Assembly: GCF_009914755.1 (NCBI RefSeq) | Contig: NC_060940.1 | Length of the DNA stretch: 64,000 nucleotides | Source: the human T2T-CHM13v2.0 reference genome, Homo sapiens | Strand: one strand, 5' to 3' | In this document: positions 40,599 to 55,257 of the stretch, piece by piece | Position numbering within the stretch: the stretch's first letter is position 1 | Layout: each line of letters starts with the position of its first letter | Made by a program: the position numbers and the translations under genes | The notes under the pieces: generated by a model | Databases searched by the model: none | Told to the model about the DNA's origin: nothing | What the model saw: only the letters and a program-made list of their open reading frames with translations

Positions 40599-43019
40599 CT
40601 CTGGCCAGGACAGCAATGGCCACGGAAAAAGGACCCAAGTCGGAATACCTGGAGATGTTCTGTTGCAGGGAGGAAAATTTCCAAGACCAAAAATCTCTGC
40701 ACTTGGCTTTTCCCAAAGAGTATCTTAAATTCTAGCAAACTGCACTTGATAAATCATGCAATGCCTGCACACAAGAATTCACCTCCTTAATGAAAAAGTC
40801 ACACGGAAGCAGCTGCCTGCTACTGGCCTGCTCCAGATACTTCATAAAAGTCAGAATTGGCTCTATTCATCTTCCTCTCCCCTTTCACACCTGCACTCGA
40901 AAATTTCCCAGGGCTGTCGCTGGCAGCGTGGCTCTTGATGGGAAAGCATGAGGCATCATTTTTTCCTCCCTTGCTCTGCAGCCCGCTGAGTGCACCTGCC
41001 CAGATGTCTTGCTGGAACCGAGCCTACAGAAGAATTTCAACCAAATGCGAGAGGAAAATGCTCTTTAAAATTCCTCCCATGCTCTTCAACTTTCTGGTTG
41101 TTGCTGCAGAGCATGAATTTGGTGCTCAAACCCAGAGGCTCCTCTTGAGTTCCTACTATTTGCTGACAAATACATTCATCACCTTCATAATGAGAGAAGA
41201 CAGGGCAGCCGGCGCAACACAAGCAGGAGGTAAGCAGCACCCACAAGGCTGCCTTCTGCCTCGTACAAGGGGCTTGATTTTTTATTTTATTCTTCTCTTA
41301 AAAGAGAGAATGAGAAAGTGACGGGGCGAGGCAGAAAAACTCCCTCTAAATCAACACTTCTGGCGTCGATCACTCTGGCTGATGCAGACATTTCACTTTT
41401 TCTCCTTAAATTCCATTTGTTTTCTGGAAGGTTGAAAGAGACAGACTTGTCGGAGGGAAGCAAGGGACCAACAGTGAAATGAGAAAGATGGTTCTTTGAG
41501 GAAGGACAGAAGAGTCTGCTTCAAGAGGCCAGGAGATGGCTGTATGCAGAACGGATGGCCACGTGGCGAGAGGGCCACAGTTCTGCAAACGATGACACTG
41601 CTCATTTCCCAGCTCTGCTTTTGGGTTCCCCCATAAATAACCCAGACAAACACCCCATGCACTGGGTTCTGCCCTCCTTCCCCCACCCCCTTTTTAAGTC
41701 TCATTAAAAGCCAATATTGTTCCGCCTCAAGATGGAGAGCTCAGCATGGATTTTACTGAACGTTAAATCAACCAGCAAGCGCAGCCAGCAAACTCTGTGG
41801 CACTTTAACTTTAAATAATGCAATAATTATTGAATTTCCTTTTTATAACTGAAGTGCTGGAATGTAAACAATGGGGCTGTAATTGCAGGAAGGGGGGATC
41901 AATAGAGGCAATCGTTTTCAACCATGTTAATTGTAAATACAATTGCTCCAAGATGTCAGCCTTGTTCTTCTTGCTCCCAGAATCATCCTAACGGATGACA
42001 GAGTCCAACTTTCCCATTACAGCTGTTCGTTCCTTTAAGAGGTTCTCAATCAGGTCTGATCAATCTGTCAAGATAATGCATGGAGTAAGTAAGACTCTTC
42101 CAAACACAGGCTCCCAATCAATAGCCCGGACCAGCTTAATGAGGTGGGGCTGAGGCCCAGAGGGAGGTAACAGCCCCCAGCTTGCGCCTGGGTTTGGCAG
42201 GCTGGCTTCCTCGCATGGCCCTGATAAACAGATCAGCCCTTAATGAGGACATTAGTTATGCATGCTTCAGCAAGCAGCAAGGCACCCGTCCCTGGGGACA
42301 GACGGACAGAAAACAAAATAGATTAACAGAAAACAACATGGTACCAAATTAGGTCTCACTGAAGACTTTTCCCTCCTTTTCCTGCTTTCCTTAATTGTCC
42401 AGCAGAGTGGAGGACACCAATTAATCATTCCAATGGGCCTGAGCGCAAAGACCTATGGGCATCCCCTGGGGTAGAGGATCTCAAGCTGTCCCTGAATATG
42501 AGCACCCTCATTTTTGAGACACCGTTTTCAGAGCACAAAGGGGCTGACGGGGGGCTGAGGAGCCTTTCATGGACGGGCCTTAGCACCAAACAGCCAGAGA
42601 GATGGAGGACAAGGCTGAACCTCAAAGTCTGACAGTCGCGCAGGCCAGCCGGGGGCTAAAGTTGGACAGGAACAAAAACCGCCACTCTGAGGCTGATGTC
42701 CAAGTTTCTGAGGCCAAGTCTTGGTCTTGAGAATGGTTATTCCTTCCAGATGAGGATGTGGGAAGTCAGGAGTCTTGAATGCAACTGCACCCAGCCCGGT
42801 ACTGCAGGAGTCTGAATTCTCACCAGGATAACCAGAGAGGGCTCTATGGGGAACCCATGAGGAAGGGACACCATCTTCCCTTCCTCAGAGGCCGCTGTGC
42901 ATTTGTTCCTGCTGCGAGAGTTCGAGGAGGGTGCCCACTGTGGAGGTCGTTGAGAAAGGCCCATGCTAAGGGCAGGTCCCGCCAAGAATCCAGCAGTTCC
43001 TTTCATGCTTGGCTTAGAG

Positions 43020-43198
43020 CAGGGAGTTCTCAAAGTGTGGCTCCTCAACCAACAGCAACAGCACCCTCTGGGAATGTCAGATGTGCAAATTCTCAGACCC
43101 TGTCCAGATCGACAGAAACTCTAGGGATGGGGCCAGGAATGTGGCTTTTAACAAGCCCTCTAGGCGATTCTGAGGCAAGCTCACTTGGTGGCCACTGT
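43020..43198. mobile_element. MER5A-like MITE
   Basis: ttctcaaagtgtgg...tgcaaattctcag...ttttaacaagccctc. Confidence 0.75.
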
Positions 43199-43860
43199 CT
43201 TACAGTGGGGGTTAGACAAGGCAGGCTTCTAGTAGGGATAACCTCCTCATATGTTACATGGAGTTGGACCTTTCTGGATCGGAAATAGTCCAGATGCCCA
43301 AGATATAGCTAGAAAACCGTATTCTTACTGAGGTTTGGCTCAGAGGAGGAACTATTATTCTAGCCCACCACCCATCTGCTCCAGAATGCAAGGCCCCCGG
43401 GAAAAATAAAACCAAAAGAACACAGAGGCCCTTGTGACAACTCCATTTTATTAGTTGAGAAAGATCATGAAATGGGTCGCACTACTGAATTTCAGAAGTT
43501 AACAGTCTCATATTGTGACAGAAGTAAAAACGAGAATAACTGGGTCTTTTGAAAGCTCTAAGGGATCAGCAGACTAAGAGAAAATAAATATACCGCTAGA
43601 AAGATCAGATCCCTGCACTATGCAGAGACCCAGCTCACAGACCACTCCTACTCCAAAGCTGTCCCCAAGCCCCAGGCTCCATCGCTTCCTCCTCTGGGCC
43701 CTTCAGCCCACTGGAAGCAGCTCCTATGCTGTGCGTGTTGCAAACCACCTTTGCTCCTCCGCCACACCATCAACAGCATCCCACAGGCTGGGACCAAGTC
43801 GAATATTTCTATCCTCAGTTCTCAGCACAGCTCCTGATTCATGGCAGGGACTTAAAAACT

Positions 43861-44139
43861 GTAGTGGCTCACGCCTATAATCCTAGCACTGTGGGAGGCC
43901 AAGGTGGGTGGATCACTTGAGGCCAGAAGTTAGAGACCAGCTTGGCCAACATGGCAAAACCCCACCTCTACCAAAAATACAAAAATTAGCCGGGCGTGGT
44001 GGCAGGCTCCTATAATCTCAGCTACTTGGGAGGCTGAGGCAGGAGAATTTCTTGAACACAGGAGGTGGAGGTCGCAGTGAGCCGAGATCACAACCCACTG
44101 CACTCCAGCCTGGCAACAGAGTGAGATTCTGTCTCAAAA

Positions 44140-44198
<59 letters not shown>

Positions 44199-44199
44199 A
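43861..44199 (+). mobile_element. Alu (AluS-like) with (TAAA)n tail
   Basis: Dimer lacking the first few bases; about 15 TAAA units. Confidence 0.92.
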
Positions 44200-44609
44200 A
44201 ATTGTGGGCTGAAAGTTTGAACAGATGAAGAAAATCCTTCTAAAGCTCCACTATTCCTCCTGGGTCTTCAGCTTGCCTTTCAAGACCTATCTAATCCAGT
44301 CCAAATTCACTTCCCCCATCTCAGATTTCAATCCTCCACTCCATTCCACTTGCAATTAGACTTGTGTCAGTTCCCACCTTCCCCACCAACTATGATCTTT
44401 CTGGTCTCAGTGCCTTTTCTTGCTGGGAAACCCTCCCAGATAACTCTGACCCATGCTGAAATGCCTCACATCTCCTACGGCAGGCTGGTGGCACCTGCGC
44501 CTGGAAGGCTTTATGCATTGCACCTGAGCTAAAACAGTGGCTCCTTGCCTGTGGGGGGGGTCCCACAGCACCAGGTGGTCCCGATCAGGGCCCACCACAA
44601 AGCATTCTC

Positions 44610-44947
<338 letters not shown>

Positions 44948-46290
44948 CTACACGGGGCTCTCTGTCCCTCAATGACTGAGATGGGAGGTTGGGGGCTGAA
45001 GAGAATAAAAATGTTTGCTAATATTTATTGCTTGTTTAAATAAGATTTAATGACAGGAGATAATTACACTAAATGGCTTTATTCAGTGACTTGAATTTTT
45101 TTAGTATGTGAATCACAAAAGGGCTCGCCCCTCCCCACCAATCAGCCACAATGTCCCCCAGCCAGAGGACAACTGAGTTGGTCCTCCTCATTCCATTCCT
45201 CCATTTCTTCTACATCCCTAGCTATGTTATTTACATAGGTTTACTATCACTATGCTCCTTTACTATTAAACTGACAAATAATTGCAAGATTCAGGTATCT
45301 GAGCACCATCGAGACGATCAAGACCACAGAAGAAAGGAAGAGGGAGTACACTCCGCAGATGCCTCCCAGGGGGAGTAACTCAGGCTGTCAGAATTCTACA
45401 TGTGTGCGGGCAGTGTTCACCACACACACCTTTGCAGATAAAAAGAATGTGGTACATATTTTAGTTCTAAACATAAAATGTCCACCCAAGCCAACAGAGT
45501 GGTGTGAAAGTGTTCAGATACCTGGAAGGCAGTGGCCACACAGGCATTCCTAGAACATAAGACAGCTTGTCTACAGCTCCGATGAGTCAGAATGAGGGGG
45601 ACATCTTTTCAATACACACATCACACGTACAACTTTATTTTCTTCCTGAATTTCCTGTCCTCCTAATCTAACTGTTGCCAGGGACTGCTGCTGACTGGAT
45701 CCCCAAGTCATATAACCCACGTGGTTAAGGCTCTCACCTTCCTCTACTCTCCATTCTAGGACCTAGGAGGAACGGACCATTCTCTACATGGGGTCAGAGT
45801 TGCATGTTCAGATGTGATTCCTTCCCTCTCCAGCTACGCCCAAACTCTGGGATCTCCAGCCTTCTGACTGGCCAACCCCCCGATAAGATCCCTCCCGGGA
45901 CATCCAAGCAATTCGATCCAAAGATGCCGCCTCCTGGTTGGTCAGCTCTCCAGCTCCTAGTGGAATGAGACTGGAAGGCCGGCCCGGGAAAACGTTTTAA
46001 AACTTATTTTTAAGTGGCAAAATACAGGGAGAATTTTCACCAGCCAGTCCACACTGGCCAAAACATCCCCTGCTTACACTCAGTAAGTTCACTGTACTGC
46101 AGGCCCAAGAAACAGTGATGACACAGGAAGAAGCCGTGGTCGATGATCGCACTGGGGGGGCATGGGACCGGGGTGGGGAGCATCGCCAATCTTATTCCAG
46201 ACAGATGATAGTTTACAAAACCTTCTGGAGAACTGTGAGGAATTTCCTTCAGTAAAAATCAAGTCTTCAGAAAACTGCACCAAAAAAGCT

Positions 46291-46597
<307 letters not shown>

Positions 46598-47320
46598 CTA
46601 ATGACTGGGAAAATTTTCTTTGAGCAAAATGGTAGGAGTTGGGGAGGAGCAAAGGAGGTGGGTGGAAGCGAGGACTAGAGAGAGGACTGCCCAGACCCTG
46701 CCAGGTGGAAAGCATCAGGACACATCACGCATGCTACAAGTTTTTATGTGACGCGTGCACAGTGGCATGTGGACACAGACCTGGCCGTGCTTTCTCCCGG
46801 GGCTACAGTATTAAGATGCAGTCAATCGCTCACCATCACACCAGTGGGCAAGTGATGTCTTTTTGGAATCTCAAATCCAGTAGCCTGCTCTGCTAGCCTT
46901 AATCTAGTCAGTCTATGGACGCTTTTATATTAGTAGGTATTTTAAAGGCTTAAGTCTTAAAACACAAATCTTTCGATGACCTTTCCAGATGACTCTATAA
47001 TAGCATAAGGCCAGAGGAAACAGCAGCAGCCAGTCTCAGGTTCTGGTAGCACTGGTATTTTTATAATGGTCTTTCTTCCGGCTTTGATTCATTCATTCAT
47101 TCCCCGTGTGTCTGTCTACATTCCTGCTGCTTCTTTCCTCACGCTCTAATCTCTCCCCAAAATGAGTGTTCATCAATCACCTCTAAAAATTATCCTCATC
47201 ATTCTCTGTACGTGAGAAAGGCCTTTCACTAAAGGGTCTTTATCACCCACTACTCCCCTGTACCACCCCTGTCTCCAGCCAGCAGCTCTACCGGTTCTCG
47301 GTTTCCAAAGGTTTCCTCTA

Positions 47321-47322
<2 letters not shown>

Positions 47323-47378
<56 letters not shown>
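47323..47378. repeat. (TG)~28 microsatellite
   Basis: Uninterrupted TG run. Confidence 0.95.
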
Positions 47379-47380
<2 letters not shown>

Positions 47381-47454
47381 GTGTGTATGCACACAGGTGC
47401 AGGCTCAGGCCACTTCCTCCTGTGTACAAGTCCATGCTAGATCCTCCAAATTCC

Positions 47455-47755
47455 TTTTTTTTTTTTTTGATGGGGTCTCATTCTTGTCACCCAAGCTGGA
47501 GTTCAGTGGCAGGTGGCAGGATCTCGGCTCACTGCTACCTCTGAGTCCCAGGCTCAAGTGATCCTCCCACCTCTGCCTCCAGAGTAGCTGGGACCACAGG
47601 CCCGTGCTACCATGCCCAGCTAATTTTTGTATTTTTAGTAGAGATGGGGTCTCATCATCTTGACCAGGCTGGTCTCAAACTCCTGGCCTCAAGTGATTCA
47701 CCTGCCTCGGCCTCCCAAAGTGCTGGGATTACAGCATTAGCCACCGTGCCCAGCC
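47455..47755 (-). mobile_element. AluJ-like
   Basis: Full dimer. Confidence 0.9.
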
Positions 47756-48999
47756 CCTGCTCCTCCAAATTCTATCCTCCTTTCTAAGCATCTCACCTCC
47801 CGCCCTTTTTCTGTCTGCAGCGATCCTTTCTCCTCTGAACTCCAAGTCTTGGGCTCTCAGCACGGCTATGGGCACTGCTGCCCTGAGTGCTGGTAATCAG
47901 CTTTATGTATGTGGCACACCCCCCAGTGAGACTGGAAGGTTCCTGAGGGCAGAGATGCTATGCCCTCCTCCCTGGGGATTGACACACAGGAGCCACGTCA
48001 TTCTGCAGTGAGAACATGGGAATGGGAGTGAGCAGCCGTGGAGAAGAGGGAGGACTGACGCTGAGCTTTCTCTTCCATTGTAAAAGGAGGAATAGGGCCA
48101 CCTACCTCACCAGGGGCCATGAGGCTTGAGTGAGAAAATCAGTATGAATGAACTTCCTTAAACAATAAAGCAAAATTAAAACAAAACAGCTGCTCAGGTG
48201 ACGACAATGGGTGGAAAGGGGAACTTGAAGATTCAGGACGCCTCCCCTGCCATCTGATTTCATCAGGGTCCTAGGACTGACTACACAAAGAGGAATTGAT
48301 TACTTGATCGTCCGTTCACTTACCTTGCTAATGAAATCATTGGGTTTTTCTGGGGAAGAACCTGTTAGGAGGACTGGCTTGCCTCTGGGTGTCAGTCCCG
48401 CTGGTGCCAGCTGCATCCCCAATGCCAACATGACTCATGCGATGACACAAATTGCCATTGGGCTTTGTTATTATGTGACCTTCAGCAAGTTACCCGCCCG
48501 TCCCTGCTCCAGTGCTAAAATCAGCACGGCGATACGAGAACCTACTTCAAGGCATCATCATGAGGAACGATGATGAAGCAGCTAATAATGACTGGGAAAC
48601 ACTTTGTCTTTGTAAAGAGCCATATTACTTAACATTTAGAATAATACCCACTGTTTCAGGTTGAGAAAGCATTCAGATTTTAGCTAAACTGAAGGCTGAG
48701 CACATCCACTAATGAGCACTGTCCTTCCCATAGAAACGGCGAAAGCTACTCAGTCTGCTGAATAAAATGACTAGCAGTACATTAGCGAGAAGCGGATGCA
48801 GGTTTAGTTACCATGAAACCAGGGCCATTGCATTCAACATCTAATAAGCAAATTCTTACGATCACAGAAATAAGCCAGAGCCTACCGAGCTGACAACAAT
48901 TGCATGAAAAGCGGTTTGGGGAGAATAATGTCTTAGTCCCAGTTTTCCTAGAATTCATAAGAATACAGCCTCTTAGAAGGCACGTTTCTAAAATGTAGG

Positions 49000-49205
49000 C
49001 AAGGGGTCAGAAAACTTTTTCTGTAAATATTCAGAGGGTAAAAAAGCTTAGGTTTTTAAGGCCCGTACCATCTCTGTCTCAACTACTCAATTCTGCCACG
49101 GCAGCACATAAAAGAATAGGCATGACTGTGTTCCAATAAAACTTTATTTATGGAGACAAATGGCTGGCTGTATTCCCTCCTCTGGCAGTGATATGCTGTT
49201 CCCTG
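49000..49205 (-). mobile_element. MER58A-like MITE
   Basis: ctgtgttccaataaaactttattta core, opposite orientation to the 30499 copy. Confidence 0.75.
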
Positions 49206-49378
49206 ACCTAAAACCCCGTAACAAATTTATACAATCATTTAGAAAAATCACGCGCCTGCTCTCAATAAAGGGAACATATACATTATCTTTCTCTCACACA
49301 CACCCTCTTAAACACACTCTTTGATAAGCAAAATAAGTTTCTTACAATTTTTGAAACTCAAGTTAAGAGCCAGGCTCA

Positions 49379-49676
<298 letters not shown>

Positions 49677-51384
49677 TAAAAAGCCAGGCTTGCAAACTTC
49701 ATATGCAAATAAGCTGTTTCAACGTGAAAGTCAACACCTATTTAAGAGCCATTTAACTTTCAATTACGAAATGAATTCAGAACAATTCAACTTCACTGCT
49801 TGTTTTCAAGGCTTTCGAACCTAACTTTCTCGTCAGTGTGCTCAGTCACAGGGCACTGGTTCTCAGGTTCTGCATCTCACTCTACAATCAAGGTAAATAC
49901 CACCACAGGAATAAGGGTTAAGGTTATACACTTATTCAGAGCTTAACAATACCTGTAACTGACGCCACTTTGAACGAACCTAGTGATGGAATTACTAACA
50001 ACAACAAAAATGTGGCCTTCTGAGTCTACGCCTTCCATTAGCTGAAAACAATCCAGTTTTAAACAGCCAGGGAGGAAAAAATGAGAAGGTGAAAAATCAG
50101 GTCATTATCATCCCTGCGTCATGCCATGCTCTTGCTTCCTTCCTAAGATGCTCTTAAGAGCTGACGCTAGGACATCCAAGAATCTTGGATCCTGACATCT
50201 AAGAACAAGTGATCAGGAAATCTGGATTGAGAAAAATGAAGTATTTAGGTGTTTTCTCAATAACATCATCTTACATGTACACAGTCCTGCGTAGATTTCA
50301 AAGGGTTTGGCCATTACACAGCTCAAATGATTCTCATAAGCACCTTGAGACATTAGGCAGTGGATGGCAGCGTGGCAGATGGCTTTCTCCTCTGTTTAAT
50401 GGACACAGGAGAGAGATAATCTAGAGATGGCAAATTGGCAGTGGCTGAGAAGCCTGCAGGTGGGAGCTTCATAACCCTCGGGAGTTTTTAAAAATGCTTA
50501 ATTAATGGTGAACATTTAAAAATCTGCCAATTTCCCATACAATCAAGATTTTTTGCCTCTTTAGACATTAAAAAACAAAACAAAACAAAAAAACAGGGTT
50601 TCTGGCTGTACATTCCCTCATGTCAGCAATTACCTAGAAAAGATGGTGCAGGAGCCCTCCAGCCCCACACCAGTTACCCACTTCTGATACCTGTATGGCC
50701 CCTGCAGGCATCTGGGTTTGCAATCCCTGGGTCCGAATGTGAAAGAGAATGTGGCTGGCAAGTAGGAGTCACAGAAGTCAACCCTGGGATCTACCATTCC
50801 TCGGCTGGGGTTTGTCAGCCCGTGCTGTGCTACTCCGTGAATAACCCAGCACAAAGATTCCCCTACAAAACATCATGTTGCTGCCTGGGTTGCACACTGC
50901 AAAACAGAAGGTGAGAAGCTCAGCTTCACCAGACTTGGGCAGTAAGGGAGTCGAGAATGAGTGTAGCTTCACAAGGGAAGCCAGCTTAATTCTGCCACAG
51001 GAGTTAATATTTGTTAATTGGTAGAAAAAGGTAAAATTAATGAGGAAGTTAGCATAGCTATTTAAAAACAGCTCCATGTTTCCCCCACTGTAACACATGG
51101 AACTATCAGGAAGTAATTGAGGGAAAAGGACACTGTCAATTCTCAATTATCTGCATGAATGAAGCGCTCAGTGACACGGATAATCCAAGTCACTTACATT
51201 TGGATTTAGAAAGTAACATCTTTTTCCTTCGGAAAACTTACCTTCCTAATTAGGGCTTGCTGAATGCAGTGGCGAAATCAGTTTACCTTCTCGGTCAGAG
51301 AAACAACGTGTCGGGGAAGGTTTGGAAACGGCTGGGCATTTCAGACCCTCCGCGGATAACCCAGGGCAGATAAAAGATCATTCA

Positions 51385-51590
51385 CAGAGGCTGGCCAATA
51401 TAGCAGCCACTAGCCACATGTGACTATTTAAATTTAAATTAAGTTAAATAAAATGAAAAGTTCAATCCCTCGGTGACACTAGCCACATTTCAAGTGCTCG
51501 ATGGCCCCGTGTGGCTGGTGGCCACCACGCTGGACAGCACAGATCACAGAACATTTCCATCATCACAGAAAGTTCTAGTGGACGGTGCTG
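51385..51590 (-). mobile_element. MER3 hAT-Charlie MITE
   Basis: agccactagccacatg...gccacatttcaagtgctc...acatttccatcatcacagaaagttct. Confidence 0.88.
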
Positions 51591-51719
51591 AATTCTAGAC
51601 CAACAATCACATCTAGTTACCTGGATTAAGTAGAAAGCAGAGGGCAGGGGGAGAGGGATGCGGGAGACGTCACACTGCCACTTTAGAAACAAAAGGGAAT
51701 TGTAACTCCGGACTCTCTC

Positions 51720-52200
51720 AGCTAGTTTAATTTCAAGCCCGGTAATGTAGACGCTGTCTAGGGAATAACATAAAAAATAAGCATTCCATTCTAAGTAAAA
51801 TGAGGCTTTTTAATTAACAAAGCAGAAAACGGGAGGATAAAAGGCGAGGCAGGAAAGGCTGATTTTCAGCAAACATGTGCCATTGCTGCCTGTACCCAGC
51901 ATGGCCATGCAGCCCAGACGCTGGCTGAAGGGTAGACAAAGGCAGGAGCTCGACCCTGCCAGGCTCCGCGCGGGGAGGTGCCTGCTCAGGTGCCGCTGGG
52001 AGCAATGTCAGGCCCAGTGTCACTTAACATCCTCATTAATTATCTTGAAAGGAGAGGGTTAGTAAACAGCAAGTTAATTAAATTCTCAGATGATGCTAAT
52101 TTGGGAGGCTTTAGAAAGACTGGCAAGGGCAGTGGCAATATAAATGGGACCTGGGTGGGTTGGAGGTATGAGTGGAAATAACATTAAGCGCTGGCCAAAC
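51720..52200 (+). mobile_element. L3/CR1 LINE reverse-transcriptase relic
   Basis: Frame 51978-52181 reads VPLGAMSGPVSLNILINYL...SKLIKFSDDANLGG, matching CR1 GVPQGSVLGPVLFNIFINDL...SKFADDTKLGG. Confidence 0.8.
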
Positions 52201-52490
52201 GCTGCTCTTAAATAAGTCTTATGGAAGAGCCAAAATACATCTGAAAAGAAACTTATTTGGAAAATTGTTGCAGGAAAGCTAAAAGGTTGGAAGCTTCTAA
52301 GGCGTATGATCAGAATGGGAGTCAAAAAGGCTTTTTAAGACTTTGAATAAAACTGTTTACGTGCACTTAGAGGTCTGGGAGAAACAGCAGCTCCTAAGGG
52401 TTGCTGTCCTTGGGAGGGAGGATAGGAGCGAATGGGGAGCAGGGATGGGGCTTGCACTTTTACTTCCTTTTCTTCTAAATGAATTAAAGA

Positions 52491-52797
<307 letters not shown>

Positions 52798-52839
52798 CTA
52801 ATTAAAGATTTGTAAAACAGGCCTGGTTTTTGAATTCTG

Positions 52840-53485
52840 ATTTTGAAATTTTTGTGTCTGAAATAACATTAGATTTATAGAAGAGTTGTAAAGATACAAT
52901 GAGTTCCCATGTGCCCTTCACACAGCTGCCTCTAATGTCAACATCTTCCATCTTAACAGCTGGGACACTGTCAAAGCAAAGAAATGAGCATTGCTACAAT
53001 ACTATGACCAAGCTACAGACTTTATTCAGATGCCACCAGTTTTTCTACTCAAGGCCTTTCTCTGGTCCAGGATCCAAACCATGTCCCTGCATAGCACTGA
53101 AATGTCATTCTCCTCCATCGCCTCCAATCTGTCTTTCCTTGTCCTGAAAGACCTGGGCGCTTCTGACAGGGGCAGGTCAGTAGAGGACCCCTCAGTGTGG
53201 GTTTGTCTGATGTTTTCTCACAATTAGATTGAGATTATGGATTTCTGGAGAGAATGCCACCAAGGGGAAGGACCCTTCCCATCCACCGTATCACATCAGG
53301 GGCTATGTGACATCAACATGACCCATCACTGGTGATGTTGACCTTGATCACTTTGTTAAGGTGACATCTGCTGGGTTTCTCCAAGGGTAAGTTAACACTT
53401 TTCTTTCTCCAGACTTTACTCATTAAAAAGAGTCACTAAGCCCAGCCCACACTTAAGGGCAGGGGAGTGAAGCTCCACCTTCTGG
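52840..53485 (-). mobile_element. Old L1 (L1MC/ME-type) 3' end
   Basis: gagttcccatgtgcccttcac...ttctcacaattagattgagattatgg...ggtgatgttgaccttgatcactttg. Confidence 0.75.
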
Positions 53486-53659
53486 TTATTACGCTGTTAA
53501 TAAAATAAAAACATCTCGTAAAAGAGATAAACTTCTCTTTATGCAAACAAAGGTGGCTAATGGAAATGTCTATCTAGAAAGTCAGAGTTTGTTGTCTTTG
53601 TTTTGCATACCTGGGCTCTCGACAATGGAAATGAAGCAATGCCAAGAGATTCAGGGCCC

Positions 53660-53900
53660 TCACAGTGCCAGGCCAGGTGCTGTGTAGCTATAGATATTAG
53701 CCCATTTAATCCCCACCACAGCCAGATGAATGAGATGGCACAAGATTACAACAATCCTCCCAAATGACAGTAGGTGAAATGTGGAACCAAGAGGTTAAAT
53801 CACTTGCTCGTGTTAACACAGCTATGAAGGGACAGAGGCGGGATCTGAACCCAGGCCCCCTGGCTCTAGAGATCATGCTGTCTAGAGACCTCTCTGCTAT
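53660..53900. mobile_element. MIR
   Basis: gtgccaggccaggtgctg...agaggttaaatcacttgc...ggatctgaacccagg. Confidence 0.7.
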
Positions 53901-54484
53901 CCTGCTTCTTGATATACAACTCTGAAATTTCAGGGCAGTTAAAATGCGGCAGCACCATGTCACTCCCACAGTGGCACTGTGAGTGACAGCGCTAAGGAGG
54001 CCCAACAAAACCAAGATGGTCTGGAGGGTTTTCAACAGAAGACAGTCCGCCTTCATCTCTATAGTGTGGCAGAGAATCCAGAACACATTAGCTTGGCTAA
54101 GGACCTCCCTCTCTACAAACAGGTATGGAAGAAGCTCAGAACCCACAGACCACGATACTTACTCCCATCTCAGCCCCTATCTACTACAGACACAAACTTG
54201 GAACTGTCTCCAAAAACATTTAGAGTTCACTGTGACAAAGCAATAAAGCTCAGAGGTCAGGAAAAAAGCGATCAGCAGGCAGACTTGGGGGAGAAACTTG
54301 GCCCACAACACCCCCGATCTACAACCTGCAAATATTTACTCATGGGCTTGTTTAATCCTAACATTTGATGTTCTGACATTAAAAAAGAAACAAGGAAGCT
54401 CTTGCTTCTAGAGAAACAAGAAAGGAACAAGGAATGTTTGGGTAAGAACTGCTGCATTCTTACCCAAAAGAATAACATAGGCTA

Positions 54485-54821
<337 letters not shown>

Positions 54822-55257
54822 TTATTCAAAATTCAAAATTCCAGTACTGATCTTTACCATCATCCTGTCCACAGAGAAAAGATGATGAAGTGTGTAGGAA
54901 GCAACAAATGTCCCCTACCTGCACACCCGCCCCACACTGGATTCTCCAAATATCTGGCATTTATTTCTCCTCCATTTAACCCTGTCTTTTGTTTTCCCAT
55001 TGTGTCAACTGCAAAAATTTGCCTTTAAAAAAATGACACTAATAAAGAATCACACCATACAAATTCTAATACTATATTGATCCCATCAGTGACTGGGCAG
55101 ACAGCAGATCTTCCATCAACACCTAGACTCGCAGAACACATCAAACAGAAGGCTCTCGACACCCAGTGTCCGGGATCAGCGTGGCGGGCCTCTGCTCCAA
55201 CCTGTCCACCCAACTAGATCTCAAGAGGAAAACAGAATTGCCACCTCTCAAGACTGA

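Noticed and set aside
51978-52181. Functional reverse transcriptase gene
   Set aside because: Only 67 codons, flanking motifs are frameshifted or contain stops; kept as a fossil only
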